Counted from the first letter of the stretch, positions 51,722 to 61,935 are shown. The stretch: DNA of 64,000 nucleotides from an uncultured Actinomycetes bacterium (GCA_963751065.1 CAVVTD010000008.1:4764-68763); one strand, 5' to 3'. Numbers and translations are program-made. Notes: a model not told the origin generated them from the letters alone.

Positions 51722-53272
51722 TCAGGACCCGCGCAGCAGCGCGGGCAGCGTCAGCAGGACGATCTTCATGTCGAGCGCGAGCGACCAGTGCTCGATGTAG
51801 AAGTTGTCGAGCTCGACGCGCTCGGACAGCGGCGTCTGGCCGCGCAGGCCATGGACCTGCGCCCAGCCCGTGATCCCCGCGCGCACGCGCTGACGCTCGC
51901 CGTAGCGATCGACCTCGCGCACGAACAGCGCGGCGAACTCGGGACGCTCCGGACGCGGGCCGACGATGCTCATCTCGCCGCGCAGGACGTTGACGAGCTG
52001 CGGCAGCTCGTCGAGCGACGTGCCGCGCAGCACGCGCCCCACCCGCGTGCGGCGATCGGCACCCTCGATGCCGCCCGGACCCAGCCCGCGCGGCACGAGC
52101 TCGGGATAGACGGGGCGGGTCGCGGCGTCCTCGGCGAGGCGCATCGTGCGGAACTTCAACAGCTCGAAGATCTGGCCATCGCGACCGATGCGCAGCTGGC
52201 GAAAGAGGACCGGTCCGGGCGACGACAGGCGCACGAGCGCCGCGAGGACCAGCAGGAGCGGCGCCAGCAGCGCGAGCGCGATCGCGGACACGGCGCGGTC
52301 GATGGCGTGCTTGAGCGAGAAGCGCCAGCCCTCGCGATCGACGGCGCGGACGTTGAGCAGCGGCTGCACGCCGAGGTACTCCAGGCGCGCCTGGGCGTTG
52401 ACGGCCGCCGACAGCCGCGGCACGAGCCGCGTCTCGAGCCCGAGCGCGTCGCAGCGGGCGAGCAGCCCGAGCGCCGCCTGATGTGACACCGCGGGAAAGC
52501 AGACGATGACGTCGCGCACGCCGTGCCGCGCGACGACCTCCTCGAGATCGTCGAGGTCTCCGAGCACCGGCGGAGCGTCGCGCGGTTGCACGCGCGGCCC
52601 TGCGACGTCGAGGAAGCCGAGCGGCCGCAGCCCGTACTCGGGCAGGCGTCGCAGGCGAGCGGCCAACGACGTGGCCGTGGCATCGGTGCCGATGATGAGC
52701 GCCGGGCGCTGCGCCCCGCCCCGCCGGCGTAGCGAGCGCTGCAGCACGATCAGCCCGGTCGCCGTAGCCGTCACGCAGAGCAGCGAGAGGACCCATGTCC
52801 ACACGACGAGCGGCCCGACCGCCGCCGGATCGCTGCCGAGCGCCAGCATCAGGCCGAGGACCGCCATCGCGCTGACGGAGATCGCGCCGCCGCCGGGCGC
52901 GGCGCGGTCCAGCACCGCGTCGCGCAGCCGCTGTCGGTAGCGCCCGCCGCAATCCAGTGTCAGCAGCGTGAGCGCGGGGAACAGGGCGAGCGCCCACGGC
53001 GTCTCGCGGCCGGCGGTCAGCCCCATCGCGATGGCGCAGCCGAGCGCGAGCATGAGCGCGTCCGTCGCGACGCGCAGGGCGGTCCAGCGCGAGCCGTGAA
53101 ACAGCGAGCGCCAGCTCGCGCGTGGTGGCGACGGCGAGACGGCGGCGGGATCCGGCAGCGGCGGGTCGCGGCGATCCAAGGACGCGCGCGGCGGCGCCCA
53201 GCGCGCGCGGGCGGGCGTCGCGGGAATCGTCGTCGATGCCTGCGCCTGCCGGGATCCAAGCGGCTCACTCAC
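51722..53272 (-). CDS. polyprenyl-phosphate sugar phosphotransferase (bacterial sugar transferase, WbaP-like priming enzyme)
   Basis: TM-rich N-terminus and a central Rossmann-like part. C-terminal blocks SPGPVLFRQLRIGRDGQIFELLKFRTM and SLDELPQLVNVLRGEMSIVGPRP. Start taken at GTG 53272. Confidence 0.85.
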   Translation of the reverse strand: MSEPLGSRQAQASTTIPATPARARWAPPRASLDRRDPPLPDPAAVSPSPPRASWRSLFHGSRWTALRVATDALMLALGCAIAMGLTAGRETPWALALFPALTLLTLDCGGRYRQRLRDAVLDRAAPGGGAISVSAMAVLGLMLALGSDPAAVGPLVVWTWVLSLLCVTATATGLIVLQRSLRRRGGAQRPALIIGTDATATSLAARLRRLPEYGLRPLGFLDVAGPRVQPRDAPPVLGDLDDLEEVVARHGVRDVIVCFPAVSHQAALGLLARCDALGLETRLVPRLSAAVNAQARLEYLGVQPLLNVRAVDREGWRFSLKHAIDRAVSAIALALLAPLLLVLAALVRLSSPGPVLFRQLRIGRDGQIFELLKFRTMRLAEDAATRPVYPELVPRGLGPGGIEGADRRTRVGRVLRGTSLDELPQLVNVLRGEMSIVGPRPERPEFAALFVREVDRYGERQRVRAGITGWAQVHGLRGQTPLSERVELDNFYIEHWSLALDMKIVLLTLPALLRGS

Positions 53273-53366
53273 TGCGACCGAGCAGACCACAGCGCCGTGC
53301 TCAGCCAGCGGCGATGGACGTTTTCCGCAGTTTTCGGCGCGGCACGGCCTCGCCTCGATCCGTTCG

Positions 53367-53538
53367 GCGCTCAGCCTGAATCCACCGATCCTCGCGGCGA
53401 ATCCCCGCCGTGGATCACGCACCAGCGCCGATCGGCGGCTTCCAAAGGGGTCCACCCTGAGGTGCGCCGCCGATCGACCCTGGTGCGCGCCCACGACAGG
53501 GATTCATCCACGATCCTCGGTGGATTCAGGCTCAGCGC
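53367..53538. repeat. 22-nt inverted repeat pair (21/22 match) bracketing ~128 nt in the intergenic region upstream of the priming transferase
   Basis: The left arm is GCGCTCAGCCTGAATCCACCGA (53367-53388). The right arm is TCGGTGGATTCAGGCTCAGCGC (53517-53538) and overlaps the stop codon of the gene at 53532. Confidence 0.6.
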
Positions 53539-54224
53539 TCGGCGACGAGCAGGTAATGCGTGGCGAGGTTCGCGCGCCCACCCCGGAACGCCCAGTTCTC
53601 GTACGCGAGGTACCCCGCGCGCAGCGGCAGCGCGAAGTTGAAGTACGCGGCGCCCTGGAAGATCGGGATGACGTCGGCGCGCGTCCAGCCGGCGAGCAGG
53701 CGCTGCAGCGCGCCGGCGCGGCAGCGGTCGTAGTGGGCGGGGAACACGGACTCGGGATCACGCCGCAGCAGCCGTTTCATGAGCAGCACACCGAGCCGCG
53801 ACGGAATCGCGGCGTTGAGGATCCCGGCCGCGCTGAAGCGTCCCGACAGCAGCGCGACGAGCGACCCACCCGGCCGCAGGTAGTCGTGCATGTTCGCCAG
53901 CGCGCGCGCCGTGTCGCTGACGTGCTCGAGCACCTGCACGCTCACGACCAGGTCGAACCGGCCGCGCAGCCCGGCGAGCGGCGTGGTGACGTCCGCGGTC
54001 ACGTGCGTGCCGTAGGACCCGGCCGGCGCGAGCTCGAGCTCGCGCCCGCTGACGTCGAGGCCGGCGTAGCTGCACCCTGCCGGCCGTGCCGCCGGCTCGA
54101 TCGCTGGACGCCGTCCCGAGCCGACGTCGAGGATCGCGACGCCGGGCCGCAGCCGCGCGCGCGCCGCCGCCTCGAAGAGCTGCGCGGGATGGCGGTCGTA
54201 GCGGGGTGGGATAGCGCCCGCCAT
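53532..54224 (-). CDS. class I SAM-dependent methyltransferase
   Basis: Motif I ILDVGSGRRP, plus DLVVSVQVLEHV and LRPGGSLV. The start shares 1 nt with the upstream stop. Confidence 0.75.
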   Translation of the reverse strand: MAGAIPPRYDRHPAQLFEAAARARLRPGVAILDVGSGRRPAIEPAARPAGCSYAGLDVSGRELELAPAGSYGTHVTADVTTPLAGLRGRFDLVVSVQVLEHVSDTARALANMHDYLRPGGSLVALLSGRFSAAGILNAAIPSRLGVLLMKRLLRRDPESVFPAHYDRCRAGALQRLLAGWTRADVIPIFQGAAYFNFALPLRAGYLAYENWAFRGGRANLATHYLLVAER

Positions 54225-55528
54225 CACGCGGCCCGTGCCCGCCGCTCGAACATCGCGTAGGTCCCGAGCGCCAGCGCACATACCGTCGCCGCGTACACCC
54301 ACGACGCCCCGAGCGCGCCCGCTCGCGGCACGACGAGCGCGGCCGCCGCAAGGCAGACGGGCGCGCAGGCGCCGGCGACGAGCAGCACGTCGCGCTCGCG
54401 GTCGTACGCGCACAGGCCGAACCACGAGATCCACAGCATCCCCATGAACGGCACGCTCAACATCAGGACCGACAGCACCGGGCCCGACGACGTGTATGGC
54501 GCGCCGAAGACGGCGGTCGTGATCGCCGAGCCGAACGGGACGCTGACGGCGGCCGCAACGGCGCCGCCCGCGGTCATGAGCGCGATCGTGCGCCGGGCCA
54601 GCCGGCGTGCCCGCCGCGGGTCGCTGCGGCGCACGGCGGCCATGCTCGGCAGCAGCGCCTGGCCCGCCGTGATCGCGAGCAGGTATGCCGTGTCCGCGAA
54701 GCGCAGGCCCGCCGACAGCGTCGCGACCGCGACGGCGGACCCCGCGATGCCGAGCGCCAGCAGCGGCCCGCGCGTCGCCAGCGCGACCGCTGCCGCGGCG
54801 AGCCCGAGCCGCAGCGCGCTGCGCACGAGCGCCATCCGGTAGCCGGGCGGCGCGGCGACCCGCCGCACACCCTCCCCCAGCGCGATACGACAGACGACCG
54901 TGACCGCCACGGCGTGGATCGCGAAGACCATGAGGACGCCGCTGACGCCGAGCCCCGCGGCGGCGACGGTCGTGGCGGCGCCGACGAGCAGGACGGTACC
55001 GCCGAGCTCGATCGCCGCCTCGGCTCCCAGGCGGCCGACCGCACGCAGCATGTCGAGTCCCAGGCTCGCCAGGCGGTTGAAGACGATCCACAGCGCGGCG
55101 ATCGCCAGCGCGCCCGTGCCGGCGCCGGGCCCGGTCACGAGCAGCCCGAAGGCCAGCATCGCCAGTCCCGCAATCGCGCCGGCGCCGAGCACGACCGGCA
55201 GCGCGGCCCAGTAGCCGGTCGCGACGTCGCGGCGGCCGGCGGAGACGTCGCGGCCGGCGAGCACCGTGATCTGCGGATCGGCCATCAGCGCGAACGTGCC
55301 GGCGAGCACGAGCACGTAGGAGTAGACGCCGTACTCGGCCTTGGACAGCAGCCGCGCGGCGACGACGAGGAAGACCGCCACCGCGAGCTTCGAGCCCACG
55401 CGACCGAGGATCGTCAGCGACGAACCGGCCAGGATGCGCGCATCCGTGCGGCGGCCGTGGTCCAGGCGCCACGGCACTGCGACGACGCGCTGGGCCGGTT
55501 CGGGAACCCGCTCTGGGGAGGGTGGCAC
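54224..55528 (-). CDS. oligosaccharide flippase (Wzx/MOP family)
   Basis: About 12 hydrophobic segments. The N-terminal block AARLLSKAEYGVYSYVLVLAG is typical of polysaccharide flippases. Confidence 0.7.
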   Translation of the reverse strand: MPPSPERVPEPAQRVVAVPWRLDHGRRTDARILAGSSLTILGRVGSKLAVAVFLVVAARLLSKAEYGVYSYVLVLAGTFALMADPQITVLAGRDVSAGRRDVATGYWAALPVVLGAGAIAGLAMLAFGLLVTGPGAGTGALAIAALWIVFNRLASLGLDMLRAVGRLGAEAAIELGGTVLLVGAATTVAAAGLGVSGVLMVFAIHAVAVTVVCRIALGEGVRRVAAPPGYRMALVRSALRLGLAAAAVALATRGPLLALGIAGSAVAVATLSAGLRFADTAYLLAITAGQALLPSMAAVRRSDPRRARRLARRTIALMTAGGAVAAAVSVPFGSAITTAVFGAPYTSSGPVLSVLMLSVPFMGMLWISWFGLCAYDRERDVLLVAGACAPVCLAAAALVVPRAGALGASWVYAATVCALALGTYAMFERRARAA

Positions 55529-55660
55529 TCGGCCGCAGATCTACATGGCGGACGGCGTCGCGTCGGGCGATTGGCGGGAAGTGGAGGATCGGTGGCGCAC
55601 CGCCCATCAAACCTGCGCAGCGTCACGCGCCCGCGATCCCCGGCCTAGCGTGCCCGGGCG

Positions 55661-57022
55661 GTGACGCTCGCCCTGGTGCTGATCGCGACGCTCGGCGCGA
55701 TGGCGGCCGGGACGGTTGTCTGGGCGGCCCGCAACGACGCGCTCGTGGCGCCGCTCGGCGTCATCGCGCTGACGACGCTGCTGTACTTCGTCGTGCGGCC
55801 ACTGGAGCTGGTGCTGTCCGCCGGCACGCTCGTCCGCACGTCCTACGACCCCTACGCGACCGGCGCCGAGGCGCTTCAGCAGCTGTCCGCGCAGGAGATC
55901 TCGCTGTACGTCCACTCGCGGCTGATCGGCCCCCTCGACGGCGCGCTGACGCGCGCGATGCTGGCGCTGGCGCTGTTCTTCAGCGCGGTGCTCGCCGGCT
56001 ACCGCCTCCACGCGGCGACGCGCCTGGCCGCATCATGGTCGCGCCTGGGCGCCGGCATGCGGCCGCTGGACCTGCGCTGGGTCGTGGCGGCGTGGCTGGC
56101 GGTCGGGCTCGCCGGGCAGCTGTTCATCCTCGCGAGCATCGGCGGGGTCGCCGGCGCGCTGAGCCAGTTCTCGACGACGGCCAACCTCGGCTTCGGCTTC
56201 GTCCTGCTGCTGGCATTGAACTTCTCCACGGCCGGGCTCGTGCTGTGGGCGTGCTGGTATCCGCCGGCGAACACGCGCGAGCGGCTGGCGCTGGCGATCG
56301 CGGTCGGCGAGCTCGCCTGCTTCTACTTGCTGCTCGGCTCGCGCACGCTCGTGATAGTGCCGTTGCTCGTCGTCGCCATCGCGCTGCACGAGCATCGCCG
56401 GTGGAGTCCGCGGCTGCTGCTCGGCGCGATGGCCGCGGCGATCCTGTTCTCGTCGGCGTACCTGAGCCTGCGCGAGGGCGCGCGCGAGCGGCCGGTCGTC
56501 GAGGCGCTCGCCGATGTGCCCGCACAGGCCGTCAAGGCACGCGCGTTGCTCGGCACGAGCCCGGTCTTCGACCAGGTGCTGATCGCGACGAACCGCATTC
56601 CGGCGGCGTCACCGTATCGCTGGGGCGGCGAGCTCTCGCAGGCGGTCCGCTCGCAGATCCCGAGCGCCCTGTACGCCGACCGTCCGGAGCCCAACGACAC
56701 GAGCTTTCGCAAGCTCGTCTGGGGCGATCGCTTTCTCGCCGGCCGTCCGATCGGCGCCACCGGCAGCTTCTACCGCGACTTTGGCTTCGCCGGCGTGCTG
56801 CTCGGGGGGCTGCTGGTCGGACTGCTTGCGCGCGCGTTGATGGGGCTGCGGGCGGCCGCGGGCGACGAGGCGGGTCGTCCGGTACGCACCGCGCTGTTCG
56901 TCGTCGGCGTCCTGCTGACGTTCATCTTCACCGTCGGCGGCTACACGCTGGCGTTCGGCTACGCGCTCACCATCGCGCTGCCGGTCGTCCTCGCCTTCAT
57001 GGTCTTCGGGAGGCCGCGATGA
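55661..57022 (+). CDS. oligosaccharide repeat-unit polymerase-like polytopic membrane protein
   Basis: 453 aa with many TM segments, in polysaccharide-locus context. The assignment rests on topology and context only. Confidence 0.55.
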   Translation: MTLALVLIATLGAMAAGTVVWAARNDALVAPLGVIALTTLLYFVVRPLELVLSAGTLVRTSYDPYATGAEALQQLSAQEISLYVHSRLIGPLDGALTRAMLALALFFSAVLAGYRLHAATRLAASWSRLGAGMRPLDLRWVVAAWLAVGLAGQLFILASIGGVAGALSQFSTTANLGFGFVLLLALNFSTAGLVLWACWYPPANTRERLALAIAVGELACFYLLLGSRTLVIVPLLVVAIALHEHRRWSPRLLLGAMAAAILFSSAYLSLREGARERPVVEALADVPAQAVKARALLGTSPVFDQVLIATNRIPAASPYRWGGELSQAVRSQIPSALYADRPEPNDTSFRKLVWGDRFLAGRPIGATGSFYRDFGFAGVLLGGLLVGLLARALMGLRAAAGDEAGRPVRTALFVVGVLLTFIFTVGGYTLAFGYALTIALPVVLAFMVFGRPR

Positions 57023-58152
57023 GCCCGCTCGTCGCCGTCGTGCTGCACGAGCCGCAGATCGGCGGAGCGACCACAGCGGTCCTGCGCGCCCTGCCGGCGC
57101 TCGAGCGCGAGGGCTGGAGCTTCTGCTTCTGGGCGCCGCAGCCGGGGCCGGCCGCAGAGCTGCTCGCCGGCCGCGGCGCGACGGTCGCCGGCGAGCCGCG
57201 GGTGCTGCGCTACAGCTGGCCGGCGCTGCGTGAGCCGCCGGGCGTCTGGGCGCGGGCACGCACCGTGCCGGGCTACCTGCGGCGCTTCGCGGACTTCCTC
57301 GAACGCGCACAGCCCGACGTCGTCCACGCGAACACGATCCTCACCCTGCCCGAGGCGCTCGTGGCACGACGCCGCGGCCACGCGACGCTGCTGCACGTGC
57401 ACGAGATGCTCGGCGCAGGCACGCGCGGCGCCGCGGCGGTGGCGCTGGCGCGGCTCGTCGACGACGTCGCGTCGGTCTCGCACGCCTGCGCCGAGCCGCT
57501 GCGCCGGCGCGGCGTCCCGGTCGGGCTCGTGACCGCGGGCATCGACGCCGATCGCGCGCCGCTGCGCGAGCCGGCCCGGGCAACTGCATCGCGGCCACTC
57601 GTCGTGGGCACGCTCGCGACGGTCTGCGAGCGCAAGGGCAGCGACCTCTTCGTCGCGGCGGCCGAGCAGATCGCCCGCCGCCGCAGCGACGTCGAGTTTC
57701 GGCTCGTCGGGCCGCTGGCCGGCGGGGGCGAGCGGGCATGGGCGCAGGCCGTCGTGCGGCGCGGCAACCGCTGCGGGGTGCGCTGGTCGACGGTCTCCGA
57801 CGGCCGCGCGGAGCTACGCGATTGGGATGTGTTCGTGCTGCCCGCCCGGCAGGATCCGTTCCCGCTCGTCGTCCTCGAGGCGATGGCCGCAGGACTGCCC
57901 GTCGTGGCGACGGCGATCGACGGCGTGCCCGAGCAGGTCGACGCCGGGTGCGGGCTGCTCGTCGCGCCGGAGGATGCCGGCGCGCTCGCGCGGGCGATCG
58001 ACGTCCTGATCGACGACGGCGCGCGGCGGGCGGCGATGGGTGCCGCCGGGGCGCGCCGCGTCGCGTCGCAGTTCACGCCCGCGCGGCACGCCAGCGAGCT
58101 CGCAGGCGCGTATCGCCGGGCCGTGCGCGCTCACGGCGACCGAACGCGATGA
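57019..58152 (+). CDS. glycosyltransferase family 4 (GT-B)
   Basis: GGGAGG lies upstream and there is an ATGA overlap. The C-terminal block is VLPARQDPFPLVVLEAMAAGLPVVATAIDGVPE (E-x7-E type). Confidence 0.85.
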   Translation: MSPLVAVVLHEPQIGGATTAVLRALPALEREGWSFCFWAPQPGPAAELLAGRGATVAGEPRVLRYSWPALREPPGVWARARTVPGYLRRFADFLERAQPDVVHANTILTLPEALVARRRGHATLLHVHEMLGAGTRGAAAVALARLVDDVASVSHACAEPLRRRGVPVGLVTAGIDADRAPLREPARATASRPLVVGTLATVCERKGSDLFVAAAEQIARRRSDVEFRLVGPLAGGGERAWAQAVVRRGNRCGVRWSTVSDGRAELRDWDVFVLPARQDPFPLVVLEAMAAGLPVVATAIDGVPEQVDAGCGLLVAPEDAGALARAIDVLIDDGARRAAMGAAGARRVASQFTPARHASELAGAYRRAVRAHGDRTR

Positions 58153-59140
58153 GCGGCGCCTCGACCGTGCGGTGCAGCAGCTCGGCGACGACGATCGACG
58201 CGCCGGCGATCAGCGCGATCCGCGCGATCTGGACCGGCGCGCTCGCGCCCGCGGGCAGAAATCGCGTGACGGCGTCGACGCAGAGCAGGTGAAAGAGGTA
58301 GATCGCGTAGGAGCGCCGGCCGACGTACGTCAGCCCCCGCGCCGCGAACACGCGGTGTACCGGGCCGGCGGACGCCAGCAGCGCCGGGAACAGCAGGGCG
58401 ACGGCGATCGCGAACGGGACGTTGATCAGCGGCACGTAGCCGGCCGGGCCGAACGCCGTCAGCGTGACGACGATGAGCGCCAGCACGAGCGCGGGTCCCG
58501 CCCCGCGGCTCAGCCGCTCGAGCTGCGCGAAGGACCGGCGGCTGTGCAGCGCAAGCGCGAGCGCGCAGCCGACGAGCACGGGCGCGTAGACGAACGGATA
58601 GGCCCGCGGCGTCAGCGCCAGCGATCCGATCGCCACGAGCAGCAGCACGCCGACCAGCAGCGTCCGGTGGCGGGCGAGCGGTGCGATCGCGAACGCCAGC
58701 AGCGGCCACACCACGTAGAACTTCTCCTCGATCCCGAGCGACCAGCTGTGGGCGAAGGTCCCTAACCCGGCGAACTCGTTCGTGAACGTCAGGAAGTACG
58801 CGAGCCGCGCACCGTAGCCCTCGCCACCGCCGGCGACGCCGCTGACGGCACCGACCGTGAACACCGCGAGCGCGACGACGTACAGCGGCACGATGCGCCA
58901 CCAGCGCCGCCGCAGGAACGCCCGCATCGCGATCCGTCCATCGCGATCCTCCTCGCGCAGCAGCAGCGTCGTGATGAGCATGCCGCTGATGACGAAGAAG
59001 ACCGTGACGCCGAGGTAGCCCCGCAGCGGCTCCCACAGCGGGTCGTGGGCATGGAACGCCAGCACCATGAGCACGCTGACCGCGCGCAGTCCGTCGAGCG
59101 CCGGGAAGTGGCGCGTCGCGAGATAGTGCTCGTGGGTCAT
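58073..59140 (-). CDS. acyltransferase family 3 (membrane O-acyltransferase)
   Basis: FPALDGLRAVSVLMVLAFH and VFFVISGMLIT, with about 10 TM segments. Its 3' end overlaps the convergent GT4 gene by 80 nt. Confidence 0.8.
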   Translation of the reverse strand: MTHEHYLATRHFPALDGLRAVSVLMVLAFHAHDPLWEPLRGYLGVTVFFVISGMLITTLLLREEDRDGRIAMRAFLRRRWWRIVPLYVVALAVFTVGAVSGVAGGGEGYGARLAYFLTFTNEFAGLGTFAHSWSLGIEEKFYVVWPLLAFAIAPLARHRTLLVGVLLLVAIGSLALTPRAYPFVYAPVLVGCALALALHSRRSFAQLERLSRGAGPALVLALIVVTLTAFGPAGYVPLINVPFAIAVALLFPALLASAGPVHRVFAARGLTYVGRRSYAIYLFHLLCVDAVTRFLPAGASAPVQIARIALIAGASIVVAELLHRTVEAPLIAFGRRERARPGDTRLRARWRAARA

Positions 59141-59208
59141 CGCGCGCGACCGTATGCGTCCGCGCATCGAAATCCGGCCAAAGCGCGCAATTGTTCGCCT
59201 GCGGGCCG

Positions 59209-60081
59209 ATGAGCGCTGCGATCGCGTCCTACGTTCCGCAGGTGATCGCCGCCACCGCCCGCCGGACCCTCCGCCACGGGCTGCTGCGCACGCCGCTGCC
59301 CGTCCGCAGCCGCGTCGAGATCGGCCTGCTGCGCGCCTACGAGGCCTACGAGCGCACGCGCTTCACCGGCGCGAGCACCGCTGCCCCCGCCGGCGACCTG
59401 CCGCTGCCCCCGGCGAAGCTGCGTGTGCTCGTCTGCGGCTCGGCGGACCCCGCGTACTTCCTCGAGGCGGGACGCCGTCATGCGGCGCTGTTTCGCGAGA
59501 TGCTCACGTGCAACGGCGCCGACCCGGCCGACTGGACCGCGATCCTCGACTTCGGCGTCGGCTGCGGCCGCGTCGCGCGCTGGTGGGCGGACGTCGAGGG
59601 CCCCGCGATCCACGGCTGCGACCCGAACCCCGAGCTCGCGCGCTGGACGCGCGCCAACCTGCCGTTCGTCAACGCGACCGTCAGCGACGAGGACCCACCG
59701 CTGCCCTACGCAGACGGCTCGTTCGACTTCGTCTACGCGCTGTCGATCTTCACGCACCTCGCCGAGCGCCACGCGCTGCCGTGGATGGCGGAGCTGCGGC
59801 GCATCATCAAGCCCGGCGGGCTGCTGCTGCTGACGGTCGCCGGCGAGGCGTACCGCGAGCGGCTGGTGGCGGCCGACCTCGCCCGCTACGAGCGCGGCGA
59901 GGAGGTCGTCCAGTTCGACACCGCCCGTGGCACGAACCTCTGCATCGCCTACCACTCGCCGGCGTTCGTGCGCGAGCGCCTCATCGCCGGCTTCCAGCTC
60001 GTCGACGTGCTGGCGGCGACGGCGTCCGGCGAGGCGCAGATGCCGCAGGACTGCTACCTCGTGCGCGTGCCGGCGACGTGA
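59209..60081 (+). CDS. class I SAM-dependent methyltransferase
   Basis: Motif I ILDFGVGCGRV, plus FDFVYALSIFTHL and IKPGGLLL. Start at ATG 59209 or TTG 59191. Confidence 0.7.
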   Translation: MSAAIASYVPQVIAATARRTLRHGLLRTPLPVRSRVEIGLLRAYEAYERTRFTGASTAAPAGDLPLPPAKLRVLVCGSADPAYFLEAGRRHAALFREMLTCNGADPADWTAILDFGVGCGRVARWWADVEGPAIHGCDPNPELARWTRANLPFVNATVSDEDPPLPYADGSFDFVYALSIFTHLAERHALPWMAELRRIIKPGGLLLLTVAGEAYRERLVAADLARYERGEEVVQFDTARGTNLCIAYHSPAFVRERLIAGFQLVDVLAATASGEAQMPQDCYLVRVPAT

Positions 60082-60947
60082 GCGCGCTGCCGATCGCGCG
60101 CCGCGCGCGCAGGCACCTGCGCCACAACCGGCTCGCGCGGACGCTGCGAGCGGCCGCGCTGACCGGCGCGGACGGCCTCGAGCGCATGCTCGGAAGCGAC
60201 GCCGCCGGCTGCCCGCCGCGACGCCTGCGCGGCGTCGGAGCCGGCGACTTCCGCGCGGTCGGTGACGCGCTGGTCGAGCAGCTCGTCGCCGCCGGCCTGC
60301 GCCCCGGGCATCGCGTCGTCGACATCGGCTGCGGCAGCGGCCGTCTCGCGCTGCCGCTGACCGGCTACCTGCGCGACGGGAGCTATGCCGGCTTCGACGT
60401 CGACGCCGAGATGATCGCGTGGTGCCGGCGGACGATCACGCCGCGCCATCCGAACTTCGGCTTCACGCTGCTGGACATTGCCAACACCCACTACAACCCC
60501 GGCGGCGCGGTGGCCGCCGACGAGGCGGCGTTCCCGTTCGCGACGGCGCGCTTCGACTTCGCCGTCGCGACGTCGCTGTTCACCCACCTGCTGCCGGCCG
60601 GCTTCGCGAACTACGCCGCGCAGGCGGCGCGCGTGCTGGCACCGGGCGGCACGCTGTTCGCCACCTTCTGCCTCGTCGACGACGACGTGCTCGCGCGATT
60701 GGCGCGCGGCGAGGCGAAGGTCGATCTGCGCCATCGCGTCCGTGACGACGGCGGCGTCGAGTTCCATGCGCTCGATCCCCGCTCGCCCGAGACCGCGGTC
60801 GGCTTCAGCCCGGCGCACGTCCGCGCGACGCTCGCCGGCGCCGGCCTGCGCGTCGACGCCGTCCATCCGGGGACGTGGTCGGGCGCGGCGACCGGCCTGA
60901 CGTTCCAGGACGTCGTGATTGCGCGCCGCGAGCGGGTCGTCGCCTGA
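60078..60947 (+). CDS. class I SAM-dependent methyltransferase
   Basis: GTGA overlap with the upstream stop. Motif I VVDIGCGSGRL, plus FDFAVATSLFTHL and LAPGGTLF. Confidence 0.7.
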   Translation: MSALPIARRARRHLRHNRLARTLRAAALTGADGLERMLGSDAAGCPPRRLRGVGAGDFRAVGDALVEQLVAAGLRPGHRVVDIGCGSGRLALPLTGYLRDGSYAGFDVDAEMIAWCRRTITPRHPNFGFTLLDIANTHYNPGGAVAADEAAFPFATARFDFAVATSLFTHLLPAGFANYAAQAARVLAPGGTLFATFCLVDDDVLARLARGEAKVDLRHRVRDDGGVEFHALDPRSPETAVGFSPAHVRATLAGAGLRVDAVHPGTWSGAATGLTFQDVVIARRERVVA

Positions 60948-60951
60948 GCCG

Positions 60952-61935
60952 CTACCGCGTCCCGATCGCCGTGCCGCGGCGCGCATCGCGGCGGCGCTGC
61001 AGCGCGCGCCGCGGCCCCTGCACGGCCGCCAGCGCCACGGGACGGCGCATGGCCCGCCCTGCCGCGCGGTCGCGCGGCCACGAGCGCAGGCCCTGCACAC
61101 GGCCGCGCAGCGGCGCGAGCGTGCGATCTGTGACGCCGGCCACGACGACGTACGCGAGCTCGTAGGCGAGGATCGCCGGTCCGTAGCGCAGCAGCTGCGC
61201 GCGCGGCGCGTGCTTGGCGAGCAGGCGCACGCGGTTGCGGCCGACGTGCAGGTGCTTGAACGGCGAGCCGTGGATGCTCGACGCTGAGTGATCGTGGTGC
61301 ACGACCGCAGCCGGAACGTACAGGCAGGCCCAGCCCGCCATCTGCGCGCGCCACGCGACGTCGACGTCGTCGAGGTACATGAAGAACGACTCGTCGAAGC
61401 CGCCGATGTCAGCGAGCATCGCGCGGCGCATGAGCGCGGCGCCCGCGCTGGCGCCGAAGATCTCGACGACCTCCCGCCCGGCGCTCGCGGGCAGCGCGCC
61501 GATGTGACGATCGAAGGCGACGCCGAGACGATCGACGCCCAGACCGGCCGAGTTGACCGCCCCGTTGCGCGAGAAGCGCATCTGCGCCGCGAGTGAGCCG
61601 ACGCCCGGGCGATCCGCAGCCGCCCGCAGGAGGGCGACGACCGCCTCGGGCTCGATCGTCGCGTCGTTATTGAGCAGCAGCAGCCATTCGCCGGTGCTGT
61701 GTGCCACGCCCGCTCCCACTCCGGCCGCAAAGCCCCGGTTCGCCGCGAGCTCGACGATGCGGATCGCCGGAAAACGGATGCGCACCTCGTCGGGCCCGCC
61801 GTCGGTCGAGCCGTTGTCGACGAGGACGATCTCGGTGGGCGCCTGTACTCGGGCCAGCGCGCGCTCGAGCGAGCGCAGACACGACGGCAGCAGCGCACGG
61901 CCGTCGTGGTTGACGACGATCGCGGACACCAGCAT
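60952..61935 (-). CDS. glycosyltransferase family 2
   Basis: Blocks seen: SAIVVNHDG, VDNGSTDG, LLLNNDA, DESFFMYLDDVDVAWR. Confidence 0.85.
   Translation of the reverse strand: MLVSAIVVNHDGRALLPSCLRSLERALARVQAPTEIVLVDNGSTDGGPDEVRIRFPAIRIVELAANRGFAAGVGAGVAHSTGEWLLLLNNDATIEPEAVVALLRAAADRPGVGSLAAQMRFSRNGAVNSAGLGVDRLGVAFDRHIGALPASAGREVVEIFGASAGAALMRRAMLADIGGFDESFFMYLDDVDVAWRAQMAGWACLYVPAAVVHHDHSASSIHGSPFKHLHVGRNRVRLLAKHAPRAQLLRYGPAILAYELAYVVVAGVTDRTLAPLRGRVQGLRSWPRDRAAGRAMRRPVALAAVQGPRRALQRRRDARRGTAIGTR

Noticed and set aside
53532-58152. 692-aa (53532..55610) and 876-aa (55522..58152) ORFs
   Set aside because: Only the 3' 693 nt (methyltransferase) and the 3' 1134 nt (GT4) read as proteins. The upstream parts overlap better-supported flippase and polymerase genes in other frames.
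58073-58152. 80-nt convergent overlap of the GT4 and acyltransferase genes as a regulatory antisense feature
   Set aside because: The acyltransferase tail in the overlap (...RARPGDTRLRARWRAARA) looks like read-through into GC-rich sequence lacking stops. This is probably a late stop rather than a functional overlap.
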